64,000 bases of DNA from a virus (Duplodnaviria; Heunggongvirae; Uroviricota; Caudoviricetes): IMG/VR virus record IMGVR_UViG_2909262264_000005, one strand, 5' to 3'. A program made the translations under genes and the position numbers. Of the stretch, positions 31,044-40,986 are shown one piece after another. The notes below the pieces were generated by a model, which saw only the letters and a program-made list of their open reading frames with translations, was not told the DNA's origin and ran no database searches. Numbering within the stretch: position 1 is the first letter of the stretch; each line of letters begins with the position of its first letter.

Positions 31044-34000
31044 TACCGATATGCTCCACTTAACCGACCACCATCACGGGCCTGCTGTTGCATAAAGTCC
31101 GCTGCCGCTTTTTTCCCGAGGTCATAAACCACCTTCAGGGCAGCCGGACCTATCTGCCCGTTCGTGCCATCGTTATTGATCTCGATGTTGTACTGCGGGG
31201 CAAACATCGCCATACCTGAACCACCAATATCCGCCACAACCCCCAGCTTACCGTCAGCACCACGACGCAGTGGCAGAATGGCTTCAGGTCCAGCTTCCCC
31301 CATCACACCTGCACCTTTTGCAAAAGCAAAAAACGTCGGACGGTTAACCACCGTGCCACTGTAGCGACTCAAATCAGCAGACTGATAAACACCACCATCA
31401 GCATTGGGCGTCACACTGGCAGTTGCTGCACTCCCCCAGCCAAACGCCGAACCAATCCCCTTAACTGCCTGCATCATGGACATCTGGGCCATGATTTTTG
31501 CCAGATCAGAAAGGAGCGAGGCGGTAAAAGATTTGAAGTTCAGTTTTCCGGTAGTACAGAACGTTGCCAGTGCATTACCTGCACTGTTAAATGCCGCTGT
31601 AAGCATCTGCTCAGCAGTGCCTGCCGCATTATCCGCATCTGCCGTGAAATTCTGAAACGCCCGCATAGCACCGTTTTTCCAGTTACCCTGAGCAATTTCA
31701 AGCTGTTGCCAGTAACGGCGATTCTCATTCAGTTGTCGGTTCAGGCTCTCCGTCAGCGCCTGCTCGGCCTTTCTGTAGTCATCCGTGTTATATGTCCCTT
31801 TCTGCTCACTATCCCGCCTCAACTGCTCCAGCTGTTGCTGGTATTTCTGGCGAAGACTCAGTTGTACCTGATATCGCTGCCGCTGCTGATCACCCATACC
31901 CACCGTGGCGATATCCAGGTCATGTTGCTGACGCTGAGCGCGCTCTTCTTCAGCCAGTTGACTGGTCAGCTGAATTGTTTTTTTCTTCAGCTCGTTGAGT
32001 GCCGTCTGTTTCTGAAGCTCCTGCTGTTTTACATCCAGCAGCGTCAGTGCCTGAATCAGTTCATCTTTACGGGCCAGCACACTCTTTTCATCTGCCGTCA
32101 GTTTTTTCCCGTCCAGGTCGCTGATGCGCTGCTGCAGAGCCAGAAGCTGTTTATGCGCTTCTGTCATCTTTTCAGTGGCAATGCCTGCTGACTGTCTTGC
32201 AGCAGCAATCTGCCCTTCCACCTGTGCCTGTTGCTGACTGTACTGCATCAATAACCGGGTGGCCTCATCATTACGGGTTTCGCGTGTTTTTTTCTTACCG
32301 GATGCCAGGGCTTTCTCGTAACGTTCATTTTCACGTTGTATCGCCGCATCCCTGACAGCCTGGTCGGCGTACTGCATGGCATTAATACGCGCAATTTCAC
32401 GCTGATGTCGTGCTGCTTCCGTTTCATTCATCCGGTTCAGTGCAGCATTTTCAGCATTACGTCGTTTCTGTTGCTCCTGATAATTCCGCTCTGCCTGCTC
32501 TTTTGCATCCTGCAAATCCTTCTGGCGTTTTTTCTCCTGAAGATCGTTAAGACGCTGCTGATCGTATTCAACCTGAGAAGATGATGCCGTCCAGGGGAGT
32601 CTTTTCGCCCGCGACACTTTCTCCTGTAAAGCGGCAATCTGTTCATCCAGCGAGTCTTCACGACCAATATTCATGGCCGCATCCCAGAAACGACTCCACA
32701 AATCAGACAGATACTTCAGCGTACTGCCAAGCGCATTGAGGTTATTATCAATATCCGCAGTACGCCGACCGGTTTCCTCTGCCAGTGCAGACATGGCTAT
32801 CCGTGCAGCATCACTGGACCGTCCCTGATCCCCAAGGACACGTATCTGCTCAAGCTGAGTGGCAGTAAGAAAATGCAGCTCATTGTCCAGAGCCTTCGCG
32901 GCATTTACAGGATCATCCTTCAGCCGCTTAAACTGATTTATGGTATCGCTGACCGACTGGCCAACCGATCGCTCCATCTGTGCGGCAGCTCTCGCCACCA
33001 TACCGATATCGTTTCCACGAAATGCACCACTCCCCACCACCTGAGCCAGCGCACCGGCTGCAGCATGTTGCGTGATACCATTCCCGGAAATAGCACGACT
33101 AAGCGTCCACAGCTGCCCGGCAGTGACTCCGGCATAATGCCCCGTCAGCGACAACTGGCGGTTAAATTCTTCCCCCTCCTTCTGACCGTCATACCAGGCT
33201 TTACCCAGACCATAGACGGCCGCGGCAATACCGCCAATAACCCCGCCCAGCATCATGCCTTTCGGTGACATCAGTGTGTCTATCCATCCGGCACGGTTAG
33301 CCAGCGTTATCCCGGATCCCCTCAGCGCACCTAAATTGCCGCGAGCCAGTTCACCTATCAGAACGCCTATCTCCTGGCGGGCCGCTGCACTTTTCAGACC
33401 CAGCGAATGCGTGGCTTTTCCTGCCTGCTCCATTTTGCGGATATACACTTCTGCAGCACTGCTTACCCCCAGTTGGGCAGCCTTAGCACGAAGCAACTCA
33501 GAAGAAGAAAGATTCTGGCGGGTTGCCTGCTCTTTAAGCTGACGGATAAACGCCACTTTCTGTCGGGTAGCCTCTTCCTCAGCCTGTGTAAGAACACGGG
33601 TTTTCGCCGTAACCTCAGAAATCAGCGCCAGATAATCCTGCTGACCAATCCCGCCACTGTGTCTGGCCTGTCGGATCTGCTGCTGAATACGCTGTAATTC
33701 CTGCAGCCCCGCACTGGCCTGTTTCACACTGTCAATCTGACGATAAAACGCAGCAGCCGCTTTATCCTGAGCCTCCGCCAGAGCCATGGCCTGCGCCTGT
33801 TCATCGCGCATTTTCTGGCTCAGCGCCTCCATGCGCTGGCGGGTTTTCTCCACCTCGCGAGCCATGCGTTCATGAGCCTGTGCGTTCTTCTCCACCGTCT
33901 GCGCATGGACGGAGGCGGCTGTTGCAGCCGAAGAAGCCGCCTGCGTTGTCTGCCGGGCGGCCTGAGTCTGACGCTCCATAAAACGCTGCATACGGGCAGA

Positions 34001-34147
34001 AGACCGTTCTGCATCGCTGGCTGCACCATTCAGAAGGTTTTTGATACGGGGAATTTCATTTTTAAACTCTGCCGCATCAATCCCCAAATCAATGACCAGG
34101 TTGGCTATCTGGTCCATAACGCACACCTCCGGAAATACCTTCTCCAA
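31043..34147 (-). CDS. H: Tail tape measure protein H
   Basis: 1034 aa; long coiled-coil, Ala/Gln/Glu-rich; C-terminal …NNDGTNGQIGPAALKVVYD… typical of lambdoid tape measure. Confidence 0.85.
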   Translation of the reverse strand: MEKVFPEVCVMDQIANLVIDLGIDAAEFKNEIPRIKNLLNGAASDAERSSARMQRFMERQTQAARQTTQAASSAATAASVHAQTVEKNAQAHERMAREVEKTRQRMEALSQKMRDEQAQAMALAEAQDKAAAAFYRQIDSVKQASAGLQELQRIQQQIRQARHSGGIGQQDYLALISEVTAKTRVLTQAEEEATRQKVAFIRQLKEQATRQNLSSSELLRAKAAQLGVSSAAEVYIRKMEQAGKATHSLGLKSAAARQEIGVLIGELARGNLGALRGSGITLANRAGWIDTLMSPKGMMLGGVIGGIAAAVYGLGKAWYDGQKEGEEFNRQLSLTGHYAGVTAGQLWTLSRAISGNGITQHAAAGALAQVVGSGAFRGNDIGMVARAAAQMERSVGQSVSDTINQFKRLKDDPVNAAKALDNELHFLTATQLEQIRVLGDQGRSSDAARIAMSALAEETGRRTADIDNNLNALGSTLKYLSDLWSRFWDAAMNIGREDSLDEQIAALQEKVSRAKRLPWTASSSQVEYDQQRLNDLQEKKRQKDLQDAKEQAERNYQEQQKRRNAENAALNRMNETEAARHQREIARINAMQYADQAVRDAAIQRENERYEKALASGKKKTRETRNDEATRLLMQYSQQQAQVEGQIAAARQSAGIATEKMTEAHKQLLALQQRISDLDGKKLTADEKSVLARKDELIQALTLLDVKQQELQKQTALNELKKKTIQLTSQLAEEERAQRQQHDLDIATVGMGDQQRQRYQVQLSLRQKYQQQLEQLRRDSEQKGTYNTDDYRKAEQALTESLNRQLNENRRYWQQLEIAQGNWKNGAMRAFQNFTADADNAAGTAEQMLTAAFNSAGNALATFCTTGKLNFKSFTASLLSDLAKIMAQMSMMQAVKGIGSAFGWGSAATASVTPNADGGVYQSADLSRYSGTVVNRPTFFAFAKGAGVMGEAGPEAILPLRRGADGKLGVVADIGGSGMAMFAPQYNIEINNDGTNGQIGPAALKVVYDLGKKAAADFMQQQARDGGRLSGAYR

Positions 34148-34418
34148 GATGCATCAGTTCTTCGTCCGTTCGCTCCGGTATCCCGTTCTCTTCCGGTAAA
34201 AGGCTGAAATCAGCCACCGCAGCATCACTGCTGCCGGACACCATTCTCACGATCAATGCCTTCAGCGAGGCAAACTGCGCATCCATCCACACATCACTGA
34301 AGCTCTGCATCCGGAAATAATCGCCCCACTCACCAAGCTCAGTGGCCGACATTTCCGACAGCATCCGCCGCCAGTCTGCCCGCCGGAACTCCCGGGCAAG
34401 CCGCATGACAAACTGCAT
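34089..34418 (-). CDS. T: Tail assembly chaperone T segment (expected to be expressed as a G-T fusion by -1 frameshift)
   Basis: ORF in the -1 frame overlapping the 3' end of G and the 5' end of H, as in lambda G/GT. Confidence 0.5.
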   Translation of the reverse strand: MQFVMRLAREFRRADWRRMLSEMSATELGEWGDYFRMQSFSDVWMDAQFASLKALIVRMVSGSSDAAVADFSLLPEENGIPERTDEELMHLGEGISGGVRYGPDSQPGH

Positions 34419-34426
34419 TTCCCGCG

Positions 34427-34855
34427 TCAGGACTTTTCCGGCGTCAGCGCCTCATGCTCATCATCCCCGGCATTATCAATGGCCCCCATACCGCTCAGCG
34501 ACAGAACCATCTCCGCCCCCGCACCCAGGGCATCATACGACCATGTTGTAATAACGGATGCGCAAAGCGTCTCTACATCCTTAGACTGATCCGCATTCCA
34601 CAGTGAGCGGGAAACCAGCCAGGCATTGATATCCATCCCCATCCGCAGAAAAGCAATCTGTCGTTCAGCCTCCGGCAGTTCTCCCTCCCCGGCATCAAAC
34701 TTTGCCGTTCGCTGCTGAACAAACGCCAGATATTCAATTCTCTGCAGCCCGGACAGCTCACTGAGCACCACGGACTGTTTTTCATAATTAAACGTGCCCT
34801 GTTTCAGAAACATCATGTTCTCCACCTGCAAAAAAGCCCCGAATAACCGGGGCAA
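34427..34855 (-). CDS. G: Tail assembly chaperone G
   Basis: 142 aa between V and T. Confidence 0.7.
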   Translation of the reverse strand: MPRLFGAFLQVENMMFLKQGTFNYEKQSVVLSELSGLQRIEYLAFVQQRTAKFDAGEGELPEAERQIAFLRMGMDINAWLVSRSLWNADQSKDVETLCASVITTWSYDALGAGAEMVLSLSGMGAIDNAGDDEHEALTPEKS

Positions 34856-34873
34856 ATGATGAGTATCATCCTG

Positions 34874-35617
34874 TTAACCTGCGGCGCTGACAGCCACCGT
34901 AGCCACTGCCACAAAATCGCCGTCAGAAGTCATGCCCACAATGCTGACACTGCCCTGCTTCACGCCTTTCACCGTGGCCACAAGTCCGTTCAGGGTCACA
35001 GTGGCTGTCTGTGGATCTGTCGAATGCACACTGATCGCTTTGTCACTGGCTCCGTCAGGTTTTACTGTAAAGGTCAGCGTGGTGGTTGCTCCCACATTGA
35101 CACTGGCGGATGCCGGTGCCACCGTCAGCCCGGTAACGCCCACAGTTTGAGTGCCCTCCTCTGCCAGATATGGACGCCCCACACCGCTGATTTTAACGGT
35201 GCGGGTCATCACGTCTTTTGAGGCAATGGTTTTACCCAGTGAACTCAGCCAGCCACGGAAAACATCAACAGTACCGTTGGGATATTTGATACGAAACGCG
35301 CAGACTTCACCGGAGTCGAACAACTGAACCAGTTTTTTCTGCCCGCTGTCACCCGGACGCCAGGCCAGCGTCGCCGAAGTATCACCGACGGATTTCTGCC
35401 CCTGGGTTGTCGTTTTCCAGTCTGCATCTTCATCATCGAGATAAGTGTCATCTTCTGCATCAGCGGTCATTTCGCCAGGTTGCAGATCCTTCACCATCGC
35501 AAGACGCAGCCAGTCAGTGTCCGATAAAGGGTTCGCAAACGCATCGCCCTTGCCGGTGTACATCCAGAACGTCGTTCCCGCACCTTTCGTTTTTGCCAGT
35601 GGATTTGGTGTGGTCAT
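34874..35617 (-). CDS. V: Major tail protein V (with C-terminal Ig-like domain)
   Basis: Start MTTPNPLAKTKGAGTTFWMY with RBS AAGGAGG; …VFRGWLSSLGK… like lambda V. Confidence 0.85.
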   Translation of the reverse strand: MTTPNPLAKTKGAGTTFWMYTGKGDAFANPLSDTDWLRLAMVKDLQPGEMTADAEDDTYLDDEDADWKTTTQGQKSVGDTSATLAWRPGDSGQKKLVQLFDSGEVCAFRIKYPNGTVDVFRGWLSSLGKTIASKDVMTRTVKISGVGRPYLAEEGTQTVGVTGLTVAPASASVNVGATTTLTFTVKPDGASDKAISVHSTDPQTATVTLNGLVATVKGVKQGSVSIVGMTSDGDFVAVATVAVSAAG

Positions 35618-35627
35618 TGCCACCTCC

Positions 35628-36029
35628 TTAATTCGTGTACGTGATCTGGTACGTGATTTCCGCCATCGCCCAGGTGGCCATCTCATTATCACGTTGATAG
35701 TTAAAACCGAGTGGGATCAGGGTGTCGATGAGTCCGGAAAGTGCCGGTACATCATTCAGGGCCGGGAAAATGGTGCTCTCCATCCACATATCCAGCTCTG
35801 AATCCGGTGCCTGTGCCCGGATGAAGACAGCAATATGCAGAACAGCCTGCCAGTCATCTTCATCCGTCATTTTTCCGGTGTACTGAGCATCACTCAGCCA
35901 CACCGCCACGGCAGGCAGTTCCTGCGCATCAACAAATGCCGGAAGCCCGTCAAAAAACGTGGCGCTGTCTCCACACTGTTCCCGAAGGCGTGCCAGTACG
36001 GCCTGGCGGATTTGTGTATGTCGGTTCAT
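35628..36029 (-). CDS. U: Tail terminator protein U
   Basis: …ATFFDG…PAVAVWLSDAQYTG…DSELDMWMES… like lambda U. Confidence 0.75.
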   Translation of the reverse strand: MNRHTQIRQAVLARLREQCGDSATFFDGLPAFVDAQELPAVAVWLSDAQYTGKMTDEDDWQAVLHIAVFIRAQAPDSELDMWMESTIFPALNDVPALSGLIDTLIPLGFNYQRDNEMATWAMAEITYQITYTN

Positions 36030-36604
36030 CGGGTCAGCCATAACCTCAGTTGTTGTTTCAGTGCATACCCCAGCTGTTTCGGCATTTCCGCAGCAATGAT
36101 GCGGTCGCGGGCATCTTCAAATGCCTGTGTCAGCGGTCCGGACAGCGGGATTTTCACCACATCAATGGGGTAACGATTTTTGCCATCAATACGCCGCATC
36201 ACATGCCAGCGACCATTCGCCAGTTGCTGAATAAACGCATCCCGGAAAAGATATTTACCCACCTTCAGCACACTGCCACGGTACTGCAGTTTTCCACCAC
36301 GCCGGGCCAGTCTGACCCGGGCTGTCCCCAGCTTAATGGCGGGCAGATTGCCCCGGTTAACGCGGATCCTGGCCGTCATTTTTCCTGACGGACTGGCTTT
36401 AAACACCCGGACACGCTGACGTACCAGTTTCAGGGGGATCCCTTTCACCTGGTTATCTCCCGCAACGGTATTCCCGGCAACCTGCCGGGTGGCAACCGAG
36501 ACCGCTTTCTGTGCCACACGGTTTATCGCCCATGCGCTGGCCTGTGGCACCATACGGGTATCAAGGCTGTTCAGATTGCGGATGGCATTCTCAAGCCCCT
36601 TCAT
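36026..36604 (-). CDS. Z: Tail completion protein Z
   Basis: 192 aa, lambda Z size and position. Confidence 0.7.
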   Translation of the reverse strand: MKGLENAIRNLNSLDTRMVPQASAWAINRVAQKAVSVATRQVAGNTVAGDNQVKGIPLKLVRQRVRVFKASPSGKMTARIRVNRGNLPAIKLGTARVRLARRGGKLQYRGSVLKVGKYLFRDAFIQQLANGRWHVMRRIDGKNRYPIDVVKIPLSGPLTQAFEDARDRIIAAEMPKQLGYALKQQLRLWLTR

Positions 36605-36615
36605 CCCACACCTCT

Positions 36616-36891
36616 TTACTCAATAAAGATCATTGGCTTACCGTTAAAGCGTTCATGCCGTGTGACCGTCCATTGTTGTCCGTCATAAACAACGCGATCC
36701 CCGCGCCGTGGGCGGTATCCCGAAGAAAACACCACCAGAGATACCGCAGGTCCGGACAGAGCATTCAGCTCTGCCAGTGTTTCTCCCGGGATCACAGTCA
36801 TATCGACATCATTAATCGAGGCTGTCTTTCCCATCTTTCTGACCGTGATCGCATCCATACGCGCTGCCAGCCGGGAAAAGGGATCAGACAT
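36616..36891 (-). CDS. Head-tail joining protein (FII-like position)
   Basis: 91 aa between the head and tail modules. Confidence 0.45.
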   Translation of the reverse strand: MSDPFSRLAARMDAITVRKMGKTASINDVDMTVIPGETLAELNALSGPAVSLVVFSSGYRPRRGDRVVYDGQQWTVTRHERFNGKPMIFIE

Positions 36892-37207
36892 TGAGTTTTA
36901 CCGGCACTTCTTCTGCACTGGTTCCGGCATCTGCCCAGACAACCCCGACCAGCGGATCAGAGCCGCTGTTAGTCAGCTGAACTTTTCCGGACTTCAGATA
37001 AACCTTCTTACCCGTTTTCATGTCATCCGTTTTCAGCTTAGGCAGCATAAACACACCTTCGGTCAGGCCGTCGCCTGTTTCACCCTGTGGAATATCGGTC
37101 AGTGCCACCGCAAAAACATCACCCACCTGCACCAGATCTCCGCTGCTGATGGCTGCACTGGCAACAATCGCCACCGTTTTTCCTTCTTCTACAAAATTCT
37201 TTGCCAT
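36884..37207 (-). CDS. Hypothetical head-module protein (107 aa)
   Basis: Start MAKNFVEEGKTVAIV with RBS GGAG; immediately downstream of the capsid gene. Confidence 0.45.
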   Translation of the reverse strand: MAKNFVEEGKTVAIVASAAISSGDLVQVGDVFAVALTDIPQGETGDGLTEGVFMLPKLKTDDMKTGKKVYLKSGKVQLTNSGSDPLVGVVWADAGTSAEEVPVKLNV

Positions 37208-37293
37208 AACTGTCTCCGCACAGCCCCGTTCAGGGGCTGATTTCAGGTACAAAAAAAGCCCTTACGGGCCATCAGAGTTGTTGTCTGCGACGT

Positions 37294-39252
37294 TTACGCC
37301 GTACATTTCACCAGACCGCGGTGATCAACTGGCGCGACACCGGCGTCAATACGCACTTTCGTTGTCACGCCATCCACACTGAAGCCCTCCATCTGATCAA
37401 TATATGGCGTATCCACACCGTTGAGATAAGCCACTTCAATAGTATCGGAGCCTTTTGACGCAGCCAGGTAGAAGGTGGTCTGGCTGTTATCATCAAGACG
37501 AGGCTCTGCAATAACGGTCGCAAAATCTTTCACCGGGTTAATAATACCGGCGTTAATGTCAGCCCCCTTGACACTTGAGGAGCGAATGACCTGGTTAGCA
37601 ACAGACTCCATCGCCGTCGGTACCAGTACGAACGCAGGACGAATATTCAGATGACGCTCCCCCTCTTTCTGAACGCGCATCAACTGGCGGGCTTTATCCA
37701 GCGATGCCACGTCCATTGCAGCGCTCTCCAGTACGTTTGCATGTTTCGCTTTATCGAACAGACTTACATTATCTGTGGAGATTTTCGGGTTAGACGTCAG
37801 AATGGCATAAACCAGATCGGCAATAGTGGATTTCGCCGCACGGCCCAGTTTCATCGGGACATCGGTCAGCATATTCAGATCATCATTGATAATGGCCTGA
37901 CGGGTGATACTGAACAGCTCGCCATAGGTCGCCAGTGCAATAGTGGCCTGTTTATCTCCGGTGGTGACGTATTTATATTCCGCCCCTTCACGCACCTGAC
38001 GCAGAGCACTGAAGCCCCCCATACCCACACGATGGGCAATTTTAAAATCAGACAACTGACCTTTCCGCGTCCACTGTTCATAGGTTTCAGGGGCATCTTC
38101 CCAGCCCTGCAGAATGGCTTTGTTCGCAACATCCAGCAGAATATTACCGAAGTCAGACGTACTGTGTGTGAACGCCGCACCGACCATCTGCATCGGGTTA
38201 TAACTGGAAACCCCAATACCCCGTTCAGTCAGTGACATACGGGCATATTCACGCAGGGTCATCCCGTTGTAGACATTATCACGTTCGGTTTTTTCAAATC
38301 CGGCACGCGCCATCAGCGCCTGGCGGATCCCGTCCCCCACAAAATTACCGTTACCGGCATAAATATGAGCCGGGGTATTTTTATTGGATGGCGTGGACTC
38401 GCGCCCCATCTCGTTCAACAGCTTTTCGCGGGCCTGCTCCAGCGAACATTCAGGATCGGCAAGACACTGAGCCTGCAGCGTCTGATAACGCCCGCCAAAC
38501 ATGGCAAACAGATCATTAATACCGTTTACACGCGCTTTTTGCTCTGCCAGTACCTGCGCACGGATACTGTTTTCATCCACCACGGGTGCTGCTGCCTGCA
38601 CTGGCGTCCGGGAGGCTGCAGGTTCATCATCCTGTACGCGTGGAGCACTGTTGCGTGGCGGAGTAATCATGTTTCGAATGGATTCCGGCATCTTTTTAAA
38701 TTCCTCTGTACGTTTTGACTGAATACATGCCATTGCCTTAACGGCTGGCGTCACCTGATCAGCAAATCCCTGTGCCAGACATTCGGCACCGGACATCCAG
38801 GTCTCATCCGCCAGCATGGCAGCAATTTCATCGGTGGTTTTCCCGGTTTTCTGTGCATAAGCGGGTAACAGAACCGCCTCAACTTTATCGAGCAGGTCGG
38901 CATAGGTGCGCATGTCCTCCGCATCACCGCCCGTAAAGCCAAATGGTTTATGAATCATCATGAAGGAGTTTTCCGGCATAATGACCGGGTTTCCCACCAT
39001 AGCAATGACCGACGCCATTGACGCCGCCACACCGTCGACATAAACGGTAATGGACGCACCATGTGTTTTCAGTGCATTAAAAATGGCGATGCCTTCAAAG
39101 ACATCGCCACCCGGTGAATTAATATGGAGATTAATGTGGGTGATATCGCCCAGTGCATTCAGATCACTGATAAACTGCTTCGCCGTAACACCCCAGAAAC
39201 CAATCTCGTCATAAATATAAATATCCGCGTCACTCTGGTGACCTGCCTGCAT
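37294..39252 (-). CDS. Prohead protease (ClpP/S14-like) fused to major capsid protein
   Basis: N-terminal ClpP-type domain (ADIYIYDEIGFWGVTA…NSPGGDVFEG…) followed by a ~400-aa capsid-like region; start placed at MQAGHQSDADIYIY (uncertain; track ORF extends to 39513 overlapping portal). Confidence 0.7.
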   Translation of the reverse strand: MQAGHQSDADIYIYDEIGFWGVTAKQFISDLNALGDITHINLHINSPGGDVFEGIAIFNALKTHGASITVYVDGVAASMASVIAMVGNPVIMPENSFMMIHKPFGFTGGDAEDMRTYADLLDKVEAVLLPAYAQKTGKTTDEIAAMLADETWMSGAECLAQGFADQVTPAVKAMACIQSKRTEEFKKMPESIRNMITPPRNSAPRVQDDEPAASRTPVQAAAPVVDENSIRAQVLAEQKARVNGINDLFAMFGGRYQTLQAQCLADPECSLEQAREKLLNEMGRESTPSNKNTPAHIYAGNGNFVGDGIRQALMARAGFEKTERDNVYNGMTLREYARMSLTERGIGVSSYNPMQMVGAAFTHSTSDFGNILLDVANKAILQGWEDAPETYEQWTRKGQLSDFKIAHRVGMGGFSALRQVREGAEYKYVTTGDKQATIALATYGELFSITRQAIINDDLNMLTDVPMKLGRAAKSTIADLVYAILTSNPKISTDNVSLFDKAKHANVLESAAMDVASLDKARQLMRVQKEGERHLNIRPAFVLVPTAMESVANQVIRSSSVKGADINAGIINPVKDFATVIAEPRLDDNSQTTFYLAASKGSDTIEVAYLNGVDTPYIDQMEGFSVDGVTTKVRIDAGVAPVDHRGLVKCTA

Positions 39253-39298
39253 CCTGAACCAGGAATTATTCTTCGGACTGGTCGTCGGTGTACTGCGG

Positions 39299-40774
39299 CT
39301 ACTGTCGTTTCGTTGCGGCACTGCTGCCTCCTTTATCACTGGCCGGATCGGTATCAAATACCAGGTCCAGCTTGCGGTTTTCATCAATTTCGGCCTTGCG
39401 CCGACGTTTGACATCATCCGGATTACGACCACCTGCACGTACCCAGTCTGATTCTGTCGCCGCTCCACCACGAATCTGGATTTTCCAGGCCTCAGCCTCC
39501 TTAACAGGGTCAATCCACGGCATCACCGGTCCGGAATACACCGCGGTATACAGTGAAGAACGGTCAAGATCGCGGGGTAGCCTGATAACACCGGATGCCA
39601 CAGCCTGTTTCAGCCAGGCACGATACATCGGGCGGGTGACGGCACCAATAAACCAGTCCTGCAGGATCAGGTAGCCATCAGTGGATTCAACCAGCTCCTG
39701 ACGCTGGGCGCTGTAAGTGCCGTTATAGTTGCGCGCTGTACTGGAAAAACTCAGACGACTGCCCGCCGCCACGGCACGCAACTGAGCATTACGAAAAGTT
39801 TCAAGGTTAGGATTTGGGCGATCCGACTTCACCATTCCGATTTCTTCGCCGGGTTTCAGATCGTCGTAAATAATGCCTGGCTGAATGGTAAGCTCGCGTT
39901 CATTCTCCTTGCTGTCATTACCATCCGTTTCATAGCTCTGTCCGTCGCCTTTGCGGATGTACATCCCCAGAGCAGCGGCGACCCTTGCTGCAGTCAGCTC
40001 AGAATCTTCATACTCTTTCAGGGCGCTGAGGCGGATCAGCACACCGGACAATAAAGACGTCCCGCGCATCTGGTGCAGACGGCGAACAAATTTAAGATGC
40101 AGCATTCGCTCTGCATCCACTTCTTTGGTTTCCATCTGCCGTCCGGATACAGGACGACTTTTATACACCAGATATTTTTCGGGACGCCCCCAGTCATCAA
40201 CAAACACGCCCTGATTCAGCCTGTTGCTCTCATCACTGGTCATGGGAATAAAGTCCGGCTCGAGCGCCTCCAGCCAGAAATGAACACCGGCAGAAGGCGT
40301 CAGGCTGTTTATGCGCCCGGAAACCATCTGGGCAAACACCTCACCATCGCGCAGCCAGGTACGCAGCATCAGACGTTCCAGCATCGGACGGGTAAACTGC
40401 CCGGTGACCTCCGGACTGACAGACCATTCACTCCATCGGGTACGTATCTCCGCTGCCAGATCACGGGCAATGGCCCCATTGCGTAATACCGGATGTGGCT
40501 CGACAATAATCCCGTTTTTCCCCACCACCCGTTCTTCCAGCTTGTCAAATACACCAATGACCAGATCGTGGTTGTTATCAAGGTAACGGGCCTGCTCACG
40601 TAACGACACGGCCCCGTACTGGCTTAACTGGTCGGCAGTTCGGTTCTCCCGTCGGGCTTTGTGTGTCCGCGTCGTTTTTACGGCCTCATAAGCCTGGATC
40701 ACCGCACGGGAACGCAGCCTTGCCGCTTTCCATCCTGGTGAAAAAACGCCAATCACATCATCAAGAATTGCCAT
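39299..40774 (-). CDS. Portal protein
   Basis: ~490 aa between the gpW-like gene and the protease-capsid gene; start chosen at the ATG overlapping the upstream stop. Confidence 0.7.
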   Translation of the reverse strand: MAILDDVIGVFSPGWKAARLRSRAVIQAYEAVKTTRTHKARRENRTADQLSQYGAVSLREQARYLDNNHDLVIGVFDKLEERVVGKNGIIVEPHPVLRNGAIARDLAAEIRTRWSEWSVSPEVTGQFTRPMLERLMLRTWLRDGEVFAQMVSGRINSLTPSAGVHFWLEALEPDFIPMTSDESNRLNQGVFVDDWGRPEKYLVYKSRPVSGRQMETKEVDAERMLHLKFVRRLHQMRGTSLLSGVLIRLSALKEYEDSELTAARVAAALGMYIRKGDGQSYETDGNDSKENERELTIQPGIIYDDLKPGEEIGMVKSDRPNPNLETFRNAQLRAVAAGSRLSFSSTARNYNGTYSAQRQELVESTDGYLILQDWFIGAVTRPMYRAWLKQAVASGVIRLPRDLDRSSLYTAVYSGPVMPWIDPVKEAEAWKIQIRGGAATESDWVRAGGRNPDDVKRRRKAEIDENRKLDLVFDTDPASDKGGSSAATKRQ

Positions 40775-40986
40775 CAGAACCTCGCCAGCCGGTACCCGGG
40801 ATGCCCACGTCGTCGTGTAATCAGAGCCGCAAGGCGGCGCTCCCACTCCTGCCGCCCCTGCCGGATCTCAGATAAGTTTTCCATGGTCATCTGCTGACCA
40901 TTAAAAGTGACGGATTTTCCGTCCAGCACCGCCATTTCAGCTTCCGTATAACGCTGAATCATGGCTTCAATATCATTCTGATTCAT
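40774..40986 (-). CDS. Head-tail joining protein (gpW-like)
   Basis: ~70 aa; C-terminus …RRRGHPGYRLARF resembles lambda W (…RRRGPAGFYV). Confidence 0.5.
   Translation of the reverse strand: MNQNDIEAMIQRYTEAEMAVLDGKSVTFNGQQMTMENLSEIRQGRQEWERRLAALITRRRGHPGYRLARF

Noticed and set aside
39253-39513. Upstream 87 codons of the protease-capsid ORF
   Set aside because: Would overlap the portal gene by >200 nt and lacks an RBS; the start at 39252 just before the ClpP core is more plausible, though still uncertain.
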